Assembly (NCBI GenBank): GCA_040954595.2
Contig: CM082578.2
Span: 13,236,304-13,300,303, forward strand
Source: Balanoglossus misakiensis
Taxonomy: Eukaryota > Animalia > Hemichordata
DNA length: 64,000 bases
Reading direction: 5' to 3'
Each line of letters starts with the position of its first letter. Position 1 is the first letter of the stretch. Below, piece by piece: positions 24,643 through 35,413 of this stretch. Below the pieces are notes generated by a model. It ran no database searches. It was not told where the DNA came from and saw only the letters and a list, made by a program, of their open reading frames with translations. The position numbers and the translations under genes were made by a program.

Positions 24643-26562
24643 ATGGACAATGAATCAACTACCATCAACGCGACTGATGAACTACCGACGGAGTACGAAC
24701 TACCGGAGTCGCCTTATAGTTTGCCCGTCCAGATAACCCTCGGAGTTGCCGCGATAGTCATCACGGTCGTGGCCGTAGTTGGAAATGCTCTGATTTTGAC
24801 CGCCTTCTTCACAACGGCGAGATTGCGACGACTGACAAATTATTTTTACGCCAGTCTCGCTCTCACGGATCTCGCCGCCGGCCTTCTGGTCATGCCGTTT
24901 ATGGCTTCGTACACTCTGTTGTATTACTGGAGTTTTGGGAAACCTTTCTGCGTTGTGTGGCTGTGTGTGGACATGTTCGTCTATTCTGCCTCTGTCTACC
25001 ACATGTGTGCGATATGTTTGGACCGGTTTCTGGCGATCACCTTCCCGCTGAAGTACAGACTTCGACGGTCCAAGAAGCTCATCCTGGGATTCATCGCCAC
25101 GGCGTGGGTTCTGGCGCTGGCGTTCGAAGTGCCGGCGACGCTGATCTACGAACACGTCGCCGGGAGGAGCGTGGTTGCCTACGCGGAAGAATGCGACGTG
25201 GAGTGGGTGGAGGACGCGGCTGTCACCGTCGTCAGCTTTCTGGTCACCGTTGTCATTCCGTTTCTCTTCACCCTCGTTCTTTACATCCACATATTCGTGA
25301 CAATACGCCGAAGCCACCGTTATTCAAAGCCGGGCAGCAGTAAAACCAAGGAGAGAAACGGCAACAAAGGTGATGCGGGCGGTTGCTTTATTTGCAAGAA
25401 AGGCAAGGCCACAAAGGCGGCGGAATTAGGGCACGTCGACGATATCGAGGAGGTGGAACTCGAAGTTGCCAATAATAGGCTGAAAAGATGCGGCGAAGCA
25501 ATGGGAGATTTTGTCAGGGGACTTTGCAGACGGTGCTGTTGCTGGAGCGCAGGACAAAGCTCATACGACGTGACAAGCAACAAGAAAACATTTGCTGACG
25601 ACGTCCCTCGGGGTAGTTGTAATAATACCAGTATAAACATGGTTGGCTTCCGGCAAAGAGAATTGGCCCGAGTGACTCTTGCGCATGTAAGTGCATCCGC
25701 GTGTGAAGAAGTTACATGTGCCGACGGCAATTATTTGGCAGACAGCCGAAGTCTGAGCGGATCAGACGGCGTAATCTCAGGTCAGGGTGACGATGAACGT
25801 TGCGATGGAAACGCGACACCAAGTCAGAATGAACTTGCGGACAGCGATTCCCAAAATAACGCCCACTGTTATGTTAATAGGGCAATGTCAACAGAATCCA
25901 TAGCCGTTGTTTCCATGCCGACGGATAAACAACGAAACGATACGTTGACAGTTGACTTAGACGGGGGTCAAACAGAACGTTTAGAAAGTCAACAAAAATC
26001 TCAAACGGAACATGATGGCCAAGCAAGCGCAGAACAGGCCGAATCCACGGGCAGCGACGAAAGCAACAAGCCGAAATTGCAGAGGTTTCGGCAAATTTCG
26101 ACCGTCCTGGTCAGTGTTTTGAAGCAAAGAGCCAACTCCCAGGGCGAGAGAACCCCGGGTCAGAATAAAAGGCAAGAAGTCATTCTAGCCAAGCAAAAGG
26201 CAAAAGAACGACGAGCGGCGGCCACGCTGGGCATCCTACTCGGCGTCTTTCTCATCACGTGGCTGCCGTGGAAAATCACCACCATCGCCGACTCCATCGC
26301 GCGGGTCTACCTGTTCCCGGATGTGTGGTACGAGATTGCAATATGGCTGCAGTACTCCAACTCCATGATAAACCCGTTTCTCTACATGTTTCGAGACCGG
26401 GAGTTCAGAGTTGCCATAAAGCGTATACTATGTCGATTAGCTTGCCGGCGAAGTTCCCACACGGGCAAGAGCAGCTCTGGAGACAGGATATTTGTTACTG
26501 GCAGATCAACCGGCCAATCCACGCCACGGCAAACCAGCCTGAGCAGTGATTCTGTCCTTTAG
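24643..26562 (+). CDS. Class A aminergic-type GPCR, paralog 3, 639 aa, very long ICL3, C-terminal DSVL
   Basis: Motifs GN, SLALTD, CVVWLCVD, DRF, ECDVEW, TWLPWK, WYEIAIWLQYSNSMINPFLY. Candidate upstream acceptor TTGTTTCAG ends at 24079. Confidence 0.95.
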   Translation: MDNESTTINATDELPTEYELPESPYSLPVQITLGVAAIVITVVAVVGNALILTAFFTTARLRRLTNYFYASLALTDLAAGLLVMPFMASYTLLYYWSFGKPFCVVWLCVDMFVYSASVYHMCAICLDRFLAITFPLKYRLRRSKKLILGFIATAWVLALAFEVPATLIYEHVAGRSVVAYAEECDVEWVEDAAVTVVSFLVTVVIPFLFTLVLYIHIFVTIRRSHRYSKPGSSKTKERNGNKGDAGGCFICKKGKATKAAELGHVDDIEEVELEVANNRLKRCGEAMGDFVRGLCRRCCCWSAGQSSYDVTSNKKTFADDVPRGSCNNTSINMVGFRQRELARVTLAHVSASACEEVTCADGNYLADSRSLSGSDGVISGQGDDERCDGNATPSQNELADSDSQNNAHCYVNRAMSTESIAVVSMPTDKQRNDTLTVDLDGGQTERLESQQKSQTEHDGQASAEQAESTGSDESNKPKLQRFRQISTVLVSVLKQRANSQGERTPGQNKRQEVILAKQKAKERRAAATLGILLGVFLITWLPWKITTIADSIARVYLFPDVWYEIAIWLQYSNSMINPFLYMFRDREFRVAIKRILCRLACRRSSHTGKSSSGDRIFVTGRSTGQSTPRQTSLSSDSVL

Positions 26563-27507
26563 TTGGAAAGGGATAATCCTGAACACAAATCTGGTTTTTA
26601 GTTACCACGTGTGATTTTTTCGTAATTATTTATTATTTTAATCATTTTCTTGTTTAAGCGCGCAGCACTTCAGATGGCATGGCGTGCACCCATCGCGTGT
26701 AATGATTTGTTTTCGATGAGCAGTAAAACAGAGATCTTGCCCTCACCTACACAGTCTTTGTCTAAACCCTTCTCTTACATACTCAAGTACCAGCCATGTA
26801 AAAGTAATATCGCGTACATCGTGAAATGTATAACTTATTCAAGTTGATGTAAATATTATTTACATAAATATCATTTACATAAATGTCCCCGACACACATG
26901 CTCATTTTACCGATCTGTTTTGGATCAAAAGTATTACTAGTAACTACTATCGTAACCTAAAACGCAATGGACACGCCGCATCGACGCGTGTCTTTAGCAG
27001 GGACACTGAATCCATCCACATTCCACCTTAAAGATATCCACCAAGTGGTAATATTTCAAAGGGAATTCGAGTCGCACACGGAAATGGATTCATTATTTTG
27101 TCTTCGAAAAAGTTGCAGGAATAGGGTCGGGGAATCGATCGTGTAATGCAACTCAACCAAGCGAAAACACGGAAATGACAATAAGAAATCTTGCACCGCT
27201 GAATATAAAATCACATTATCAAATGGTTAAATTGTGGATCTGATTTCATGTTCGAATATAACTGTTGGATTTATCATGAGTATGATTCCACATTTCCTGA
27301 AGCGTCCTGAGCTTCAAGTTAGTACTCAGTCCGTGACGCGAACACTGAGAACAAAGTTGGAAATAAACATGATCTGGATATCTATCCCCGACAGTTGTTA
27401 ATAATAGATGTTGCTTCGTTGATCATCTCTGGCAAATCGCAACTAGTGATTCGTTACTCAGTCAATCACATCCTTGGGCGAATGCGCTTTCTGCGAGAGT
27501 GATATCA

Positions 27508-27552
27508 TCTCTCTCTCTCTCTCTCTCTCGCTCTCTCGCTCTCTCTCTCTCT
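27508..27552. repeat. (CT)n microsatellite
   Basis: Interrupted CT dinucleotide run. Confidence 0.8.
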
Positions 27553-30500
27553 GTATCATGGTTCATGTTACTTCACAAAGCAAATACAGGACTTGTGGAA
27601 TAGAAATTTCAAATTTAACAGCTTGGTTAGTCAACTCAAAACTGTTTCTGGTCAGCGCGCACATCAGTCTGTCTCTGGCCAGGCAGAACACGAATCAACG
27701 GAGGGCAGAGATATCGAAACAGGAAGAGGAAGTGGAAGTTTGTCAAGACACGCGGTTATTAAAGGGTGACGCCATCTTGTCTTTTGTTAGGCCAGCACAC
27801 TGCCTTACGGCATTGACTGTATCACAATGTCTCATGGAGGGTCTGTGACTGTATACAGTTTTTGTAACCAGAAACTCAGGTTTAGCACATGCGCATAAGA
27901 CGACCGTGGAACTCTTCTGGTGGCCTTGAGCCAGCGAAGTTGGCGTTTGCGTCGGTATATGAGATGGAAAGTAAGCAAAACTTGACTCACAGCCAAAGAT
28001 GTCGGCAGAGAAGGCTTTTTACTGTTATACGCCCTCATCGATAGGACCAGGCGATCCTTACGTCAAGTGATGGCCCCACAAACCACTCAAACGATCCCGG
28101 AAATCTTGTGCTTTTCCCACGATACGTCATGTGGAATCATTGTTAAGTTCGTTGTCCTTTGTTTTAGCGTCGAACTCGACCCAACGACCGGCACCTTGTT
28201 TGATGGGGGAAATATCTCATAAATGATAACAAAATAAGGTCATTGACACGGAAATCCGTCAAACCTAGTGATTTTGAAAATACAAGTAGCTGGAAATGTT
28301 GCTGGATGGGGTATGAGGTGTTTAACCGCCAACGCAGAGGCTGGGCGCATCTGTGCGTTTTTATTAACATCCGACCAGCGCCCGTAAGGCCCGTTATAAG
28401 CCCTATAAATATTTTGTACGAAAATATGCTAATATACGCTGTTTAGGCCTATATAGTAACCGGAACGGTCCGTTGTTTAGATAGATTTAGCAAGCCCACT
28501 TCGAAACTCCTTCGAAACTCCTTTCAAGTGTCAATTACGTCCAAGCCTCCCCACGCAATGTCCGATGTTACTCTTCATTTGAAAAACAAAATGGCCCCCT
28601 GCGTCGATTTCCGTTAACAACAAGATTACATGCTGCCAAATGTGGTATTATAAACTGTGGTTAATCACCAAGAGTCGGTGGAAAATCGTGAACGCCACTT
28701 CCACATCACAACCTATTTTTATAATAGTTACCGGAAACAGCGATGTCAGTGGCCGGGAACGTAGCAATTCAATATGGTGATCGTACTTTTTCAAACCGCT
28801 ATACGCCGTTGGCGTTCCAGAGTTTACATCAGCGCTGTTGGCAATATTCGGCTTAGCATGCATATAAGATGACAGATATGTTCATCTCTTTTCAAAATGG
28901 TACGACCTTTCTCTGCGATTACAATTTCGTCAGCGTGCAACATTTCTTTTTTCTCGCATGTTCTCAGAGTGCATTGTTTTTTTTTATCAACGACGATAAA
29001 CTATTAGGTCATTTTCATAATACGTTAGGGCTTTACGTTTTCACATCTTGTCTCAGTTGTTTCGGGTCGCTACAGCTGCAGCACTCGCAGAATAACAGGA
29101 CTGTTGGGCGCCCGCTGTGGCAACATTTCTGAAATCTGAAAGCAGCACGGTGATACAGAAGTCTTATAAACGAGATTTATATTTTATTTCAAAAATGACG
29201 TTCCAATCAGTAACACACACAAGATCGTTCCTGTAACCTCTGCGCTTCTTGATATGCGCGATCGGTCAAGTTTAGTAATGACTATTTAATGATTTGTGGA
29301 TTGCTATCAAAATCGGAAATGAAATGTGCCTCCGTGCATATACACAATAATCTGGCGTGTTTTACTATTATTCCAACGGGCACGTCTGGCAGCACTAAGT
29401 ATAAGGAAGCCCATTTTAACCCTCACGGCGGTAGTTTATCAGAAGTAATGGTCTCATAATTATACAGGTCAAATTGAAAGCTACCGTCTCCCGCGAGATA
29501 AGAGCCGATGTGTGCCACTACTTTCAAAGTGATTAATTAAAATGAAAGTCATGGTTGAGTTGCAGTCTAACGACCATTACGGTGTCTTTATGTGAGCTAA
29601 ATGAATACATATGATTCAATAAGCTCAAGGCATGAAAAGCCGCGACCGAAGCCGACTTATTCCCACGTCACAGCTTAAATTTTTCAACAGACGATTCCCG
29701 CGACAAAAAGGTTTTTATTAGGGATTTTTAAATTTGTGTGAATCCCAAGGGTGACTTTAATCGAGTGAACTTGGACACAGGTGTAGGTGGCCGACATGAA
29801 AACGGAATATGTTGTTTTAAGAAGGATTAATTTGAAAACTGCTGAGCTGAAACCATCTGAGAAAATTATAATTATCGGCTCCTTTGTTTGAGCCCACGGA
29901 AAATAACATGAATTGTTCCCTTCCTTCTGTCCGCTGCTTTTTCTCTATTTTCTCTTCCAAATTAATCTCATTGATGTATCATTCACCCATGTCAGATGCT
30001 TGTATTAGGCGCATAATTTATTATAAGCGCTATTGGGAGCTCAGAAATCTATTTCTGGGACCGTATGTTTTCCAGGTGAGTTGAAAGAAAATGATATTTA
30101 CATGTGTATATCTTTCAGTGACCATGATTGTAGCATTTTCCTTCCGAAAACGCGGATTTGTCAACAGAAGGGGCAGTGGCAGGTGACGTTTGTACGAAGT
30201 TCACGCAACTGTCAAGGTTCTAGTATCCGCCAGTTGCATGTATGCCCTAGGTCAGGATATTTTGAATTTATTTGGACTCAAAAACGTGTTGTTGTTTTTT
30301 GCGATCGTGCGTGTATTCTGGAACGTATGGAACGTTCATTGAAATCCACCCTATTTCAATATCCTGGGTAAACAAGGAAACTTCAACAGACCAACCGTGA
30401 CCATGCACATACCATGACCATTCACTTTTAACGGAGTTCTTTGTGTTCTATTATAGTTCCTGGTTATTTACCCTGACTTGCACCTGTTTCGCAAGGTCGC

Positions 30501-32239
30501 AACACACGTCCAATACATGTATAAACCTTTTCACTAAGCAGTTCTTCTTTCTTTAAGAAACCTTTCAGCATATTTGCTGTGTTGGGTGTGGCGCTGAGTC
30601 CAAACGCTGCAGTTTATACGCAGTGGCATATAACTTGTCTTCATCTTTATCATACCCCCGTTATTTGTTGCGAACGTGTGCCCATCGCAACAAACGACAC
30701 ATGTTTCGTCTGCATGCGTACCTGCCATCGCATTCCGCACTTAGAGCCATCCACAGCGCCTCCTACGACAAAACATCGCTTTGCGAGATCACAAGGCGCG
30801 GCAGTTGCCAAATGCAGCGCAGGCCATGGCTTTCGGAAAGATATCACGTCAGTGCAGTTGAATCTGCTCGCTACAAAACGTCGTCAGGCCAGGGGATGAT
30901 CGATGGTGACATAAATGGGGCCATCTTGACCTCTGTTCACCAAGCGTTGTACTTGTCAATCCCTTGCATGCATGTAATCAGACATTTCCAGAGTTTGTTC
31001 TATGCCACTTACAGAAGACATAAACAGCTTCGGGATATGATACAGAAGAAGGGGATGGGGGTCTATAGCTCTCCTGGTGTCATATTTTAGTTTTGTTCGT
31101 TTGTTTTTGTAACGTATATGACCTACACAATGTTCGTGAACTTCGGTAATTATTCACTCCTTTATCTGCATGATGACTTTTTGTCAATTTGCATACCGAG
31201 TAGGGAAAAGGTCCCTGTCAAGGTCGGCCTCGCCTGCAGTTTCTCCTTTTGTTTAATCCGTCGCCTTGACACGAACAGAACACATGACGTTGATATTTGT
31301 CAACTGATAGCCCAAGTAATCCCTCGGGCGCATTGGTCTTCATTAGCCGTTATTAAATTAAAAGAAAATTGTTGGTAGGCTTTAAACAGTCAGCAAAGAG
31401 TTAATTGGATGTTTGATGAGATGTGTAAATCAGTGAATAAATGGGGTCTTTCGTTTATCCAGGCAACCAAGTTCATCAGCATGACGTCCATAGCGATTAT
31501 GCTGTAGTGATGATGCTGAAGATTTGAGTCTATGAACCGCTCTCCGTTAGCCTTTACAGTGTTTACTGTGTCAGACGGGCAGGGGGAAAACAGTGTAGGA
31601 AAACTCAGTGTCACTAGAGGGATTCCGTCCAACTATAGCGTTGTACTTTCTCGTCAGATGAAACACAGTCATTCAGAAGAGCCCCTTGAGCCACTGGTAG
31701 GTCTGTAGACTTTGTCTCTGTTTTTCTGTCATTATGTGCTAATATCGACGTGTACGATAATTGCTGGACAATTTCGTTGCCGTTTTATCAATCTCCAGTG
31801 AAAGATCGGAATCCTAATTTACGCGCCTCGCAACCCAAGGAATAAGCCCTTTTTTCTTCTTAACACGATGACTCCGCTCTACCGCCTCACGGCTATATTG
31901 TTCCTCAGTCTGTTCTGACGGGGAGTTAGGTCATACTATAAACCCGGTATGTGGAATCTCAAAGGATTTTAAGTTAAATTTTCAGTCTAATTGCATGTAC
32001 GGTAAATCCTTTGGAAATTTACCGAGGCCGATATAATTACGCGCCCTTTGCAGATTAACAAATCCCGCAACTGCATAACATAGTCGCTTTAATTAATTAG
32101 GCCTAATGGCAGGAAAGCAAACTTACGGCATCTGACGATTACCAAACAGATCGTTCGAATTTCGATTTCATTCGTGACCAATGTAGCGAGTGTAGAGGTA
32201 TAATCGTTGCTTTATGAGTGTTTTGACTTTCAGTTGAAA

Positions 32240-32560
32240 ATGAGAGAGAGGATGGGAGAGACACAGACAGCCGACGACAGACCTCAGACAGACAAGCTGA
32301 CACGGAGAGACATACATACACCCAGACAGACGGACAGAGAGAGAGGGGGGGTAGTCAGTCACTCAGTCAGTTAGTCAATCAATCAAGCAATCATACAGAC
32401 AGCAAAACAGGCAAGCAAAGACGGACAGACAGACCCATACATACATAGATTACCAACCAGCCATTCAGGCAGGCAGAGACAGACATATACAATACCTGCA
32501 AACCAGACAGAGATAGAGAGAAGAAAAGAGAAAAAAAGTAGAGGCAGCAATAGGCCCAAA
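32240..32560. repeat. Degenerate GACA/GAGA-rich low-complexity tract
   Basis: Purine-rich CAGA/GAGA/AGTC units; the overlapping ORFs are low-complexity. Confidence 0.6.
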
Positions 32561-34261
32561 GAGACAAACTACTTGAAAGACATCTGAATACACAACAACC
32601 TGAAAGGGAGTGCGAAAACGATGACAATGTGAACACTTGTTACGTGTTAGTATTCAAAGAAAAAGAAAAAAAGTGAAGGTCGGACTTTGTGGTTGGCTGT
32701 TTGTTCGTTTAATAAGCAGAGCGCAAATTTGTCCGCGTGTGTGAAAATATTCACCAGAATCTATAGACTTATGGTCATATCATCATTAAGGAGAAAATAT
32801 ATAGAGTGTCTGACGTAAATGACCTATTCAGTTGTCGATAATGGGCATGTTGGAACAGTCTGTGTGTCTATCTACTGAAGTACATGCACAATGCATACAT
32901 ATCTATTTACTGTGTAGTGTGAGCGTCACAAGTTTTTGATTGAATGAGAATTCAATAGAAATTGTAAGCCCACTTGCACGTATCCATAACGGGACACAAG
33001 CATAATGTAAATCTGCCCGATTGTTAATCATTAATCTGACAGTTAACCATTTGTTATCAGTCAGTCGGTCAGCGGCCCACTTCGTTAGTTCCAGTGTGGT
33101 ACAATGCAGAATAGACATCATTTCCCAACGAAGTGACTGTCGACGCTAGCGATTATTGACTTCCCCAGCAACCGACAAATAAGTGTCGCGACAGAGCAGA
33201 CGACGGAAGGCAATTAGTCTCACTTTGGTTGGATTTTTTTTTCACCGTACCTGCAGGAGCATCTTCACACTCAGACGAACTTCTCGACGCGGTGAGCTGT
33301 TAGGTGAGAGGGCTGCGCGGATTGATTAAGCAGCGCTGAGCGCCGGCCGGGACTCGGCACCGCACCGCACAGCGGACGACATGATCAGGTGGAACTTGTC
33401 TGATGTCGGAAAAGAAGCATTCCAAATGTGAGAGTGAAGTATTTAACCTGCGGGGCGTTCTCTATACAGGGGACATATATATATCTGGGTCGTAGAGAAG
33501 ACTACCGCTGCAGCCACGTCCAGCAAGATTTTTATGGGTTTGATATCACGCTACTAATACTACTACTAATAGCTGCATGAAATACAAGACCGACGTGCAC
33601 AAAGTTCAGTGTTGCCTGAAGGGAATTAGATGCGTCGAGCTCCCCTGTGTCATCCTCACGCAAGTTTTGTTGTTCCTGTCACGTGGTCCAGCCAAGTTAT
33701 AAGAAGGAGTGGTAACTACACAGCATTTACTCACCACTCAGCCGGCGCCTCGAACTGACCTCCCATTCGCGTATTCTCCAGGAAGAAAATGAGAACAGCG
33801 GTGGGGCCTCGAGATGAAAAGCATGTGTGACCCCAGGTGACCCTGTTTATCTGTCTGCGTAATTTACTTCGTCAAAAACAACAAATTGGATTCCTCACGA
33901 CGATTTAAAAGGACCAATCCGTGGGCGTCCTGATTGTGTGCTCGCTTTATGTCACATCTGTGTTGATACTGACTCACAGCACTGTCTCGTTTTTATGATT
34001 ACTTACTGCCTACCAAAGTGTTCGTACTTGGCCAATCGAGCTGTGTAAAGTCTGACGAGAACACGGCACGCAAAGCTTGCGTCACTTTGAAGACGGAAGA
34101 TAGGTGACAAATCGGTCTCCTATGCAGACTTGGGATGTTTTCAGTGCGCTGATGCATAAAACATGAAGGCACTTTTGTGATAGGCCATTCTAAGAGTAAA
34201 AGACACGCGTACACAGACCACCGCCGACGATAGAGTGGCACTGAACTCCGGACCGAATAAA

Positions 34262-35413
34262 ATGGCGGCCACTAATAATTCCGAGTTCCCGTACGCGTTT
34301 GATAACTACGATGACTATGACGACGCCATGGACATGCAGGAACGCAACTACAACAAGGCTGAAATGATAACGGTGGCGACCGTTCTCGCGTGTATCATAA
34401 TCGTCACCGTTTTCATGAACTTCCTGATCATCGCCGCGTTCTGCACGACCAAAAATGTCCGGAAACACACGAACTACTTCTACGTCAGTTTGGCGGGAAC
34501 TGACATTACAGTAGGTCTCATCGTAATGCCATTCATGGCGTTGGAAGCACTGCTGGGTTACTTTAAATTCGGTAAGGGTGTCTGCCTTTTGTGGCTCTCT
34601 ACAGACTACTTCACTTCGTCCACTTCAGTTTTTAACATGACCGTCATCTGCATTGATCGGTATCTTGCTATTCTACAACCGATGCGTTACAGACCCGTGC
34701 GCACCAAAAGGGTTATTATTGGCATGATTGTTGCCGCGTGGGTTTGCGGCTTCATGGCAGAAGTCCCCGCGACGTTGCTATGGGAACCCATAACTGGATA
34801 CAGCATAATCGACTACAACGACAGCTGTGACGTGGAATGGGTGGACAACGTGCCGTACGCGCTCACGAGCACTTTCGTCACCATCGTCATCCCGTTTGTC
34901 GTCATGCTGGTACTCTACGCGCAGATATACTACATCATTCGAAAGCGCGCCAAAGAGCTCGGCAAATTTCGGCCGCGAGTGAAAACGTCGGCCGTCAGCG
35001 ATTTCGACTCGCAGACGGAGTCGACAGATCTGCAGACGACAGCTTTCCTGGCGAAAAGAGGCGGCCAACAACAGCAGCGCACCACGCTGATTGCCTCCTA
35101 CAGCAGCAACGGTTCGTCGAGCCACAAGACCGTGCGCTACAACCGGGTGACGAGAGACAGGAAGGCAGCCACCACGCTGGGAATCCTTCTGGGATTCTTC
35201 TTTCTATCCTGGATTCCGTGGCAGGTAGTGAGCATAGTTGATGCGTCGTGCGGTTACTACTGCACACCTGTCATCGTCTACGACATAGCACTGTGGATGC
35301 AGTACTCTAACTCAATGGTCAACCCGTTTCTGTACATTCTGCGCGACAAGAGCTTTCGTGTGGCCGTAAAACGCATCCTACGAAAGTGTTTTTGTCGTTG
35401 CCGGACGAAGTGA
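34262..35413 (+). CDS. Class A aminergic-type GPCR, paralog 4 (most divergent, short ICL3), 383 aa
   Basis: First in-frame ATG is at 34262 (AAAATGG); the ORF track begins at a GTG at 34235. Motifs MN (TM1), SLAGTD, CLLWLSTDY (D3.32), DRY, SCDVEW, SWIPWQ, WMQYSNSMVNPFLY. Confidence 0.93.
   Translation: MAATNNSEFPYAFDNYDDYDDAMDMQERNYNKAEMITVATVLACIIIVTVFMNFLIIAAFCTTKNVRKHTNYFYVSLAGTDITVGLIVMPFMALEALLGYFKFGKGVCLLWLSTDYFTSSTSVFNMTVICIDRYLAILQPMRYRPVRTKRVIIGMIVAAWVCGFMAEVPATLLWEPITGYSIIDYNDSCDVEWVDNVPYALTSTFVTIVIPFVVMLVLYAQIYYIIRKRAKELGKFRPRVKTSAVSDFDSQTESTDLQTTAFLAKRGGQQQQRTTLIASYSSNGSSSHKTVRYNRVTRDRKAATTLGILLGFFFLSWIPWQVVSIVDASCGYYCTPVIVYDIALWMQYSNSMVNPFLYILRDKSFRVAVKRILRKCFCRCRTK

Noticed and set aside
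34235-34261. N-terminal extension of GPCR-4 in the ORF track
   Set aside because: It starts at GTG. In a eukaryote the in-frame ATG at 34262, which has good context, is the likely start.
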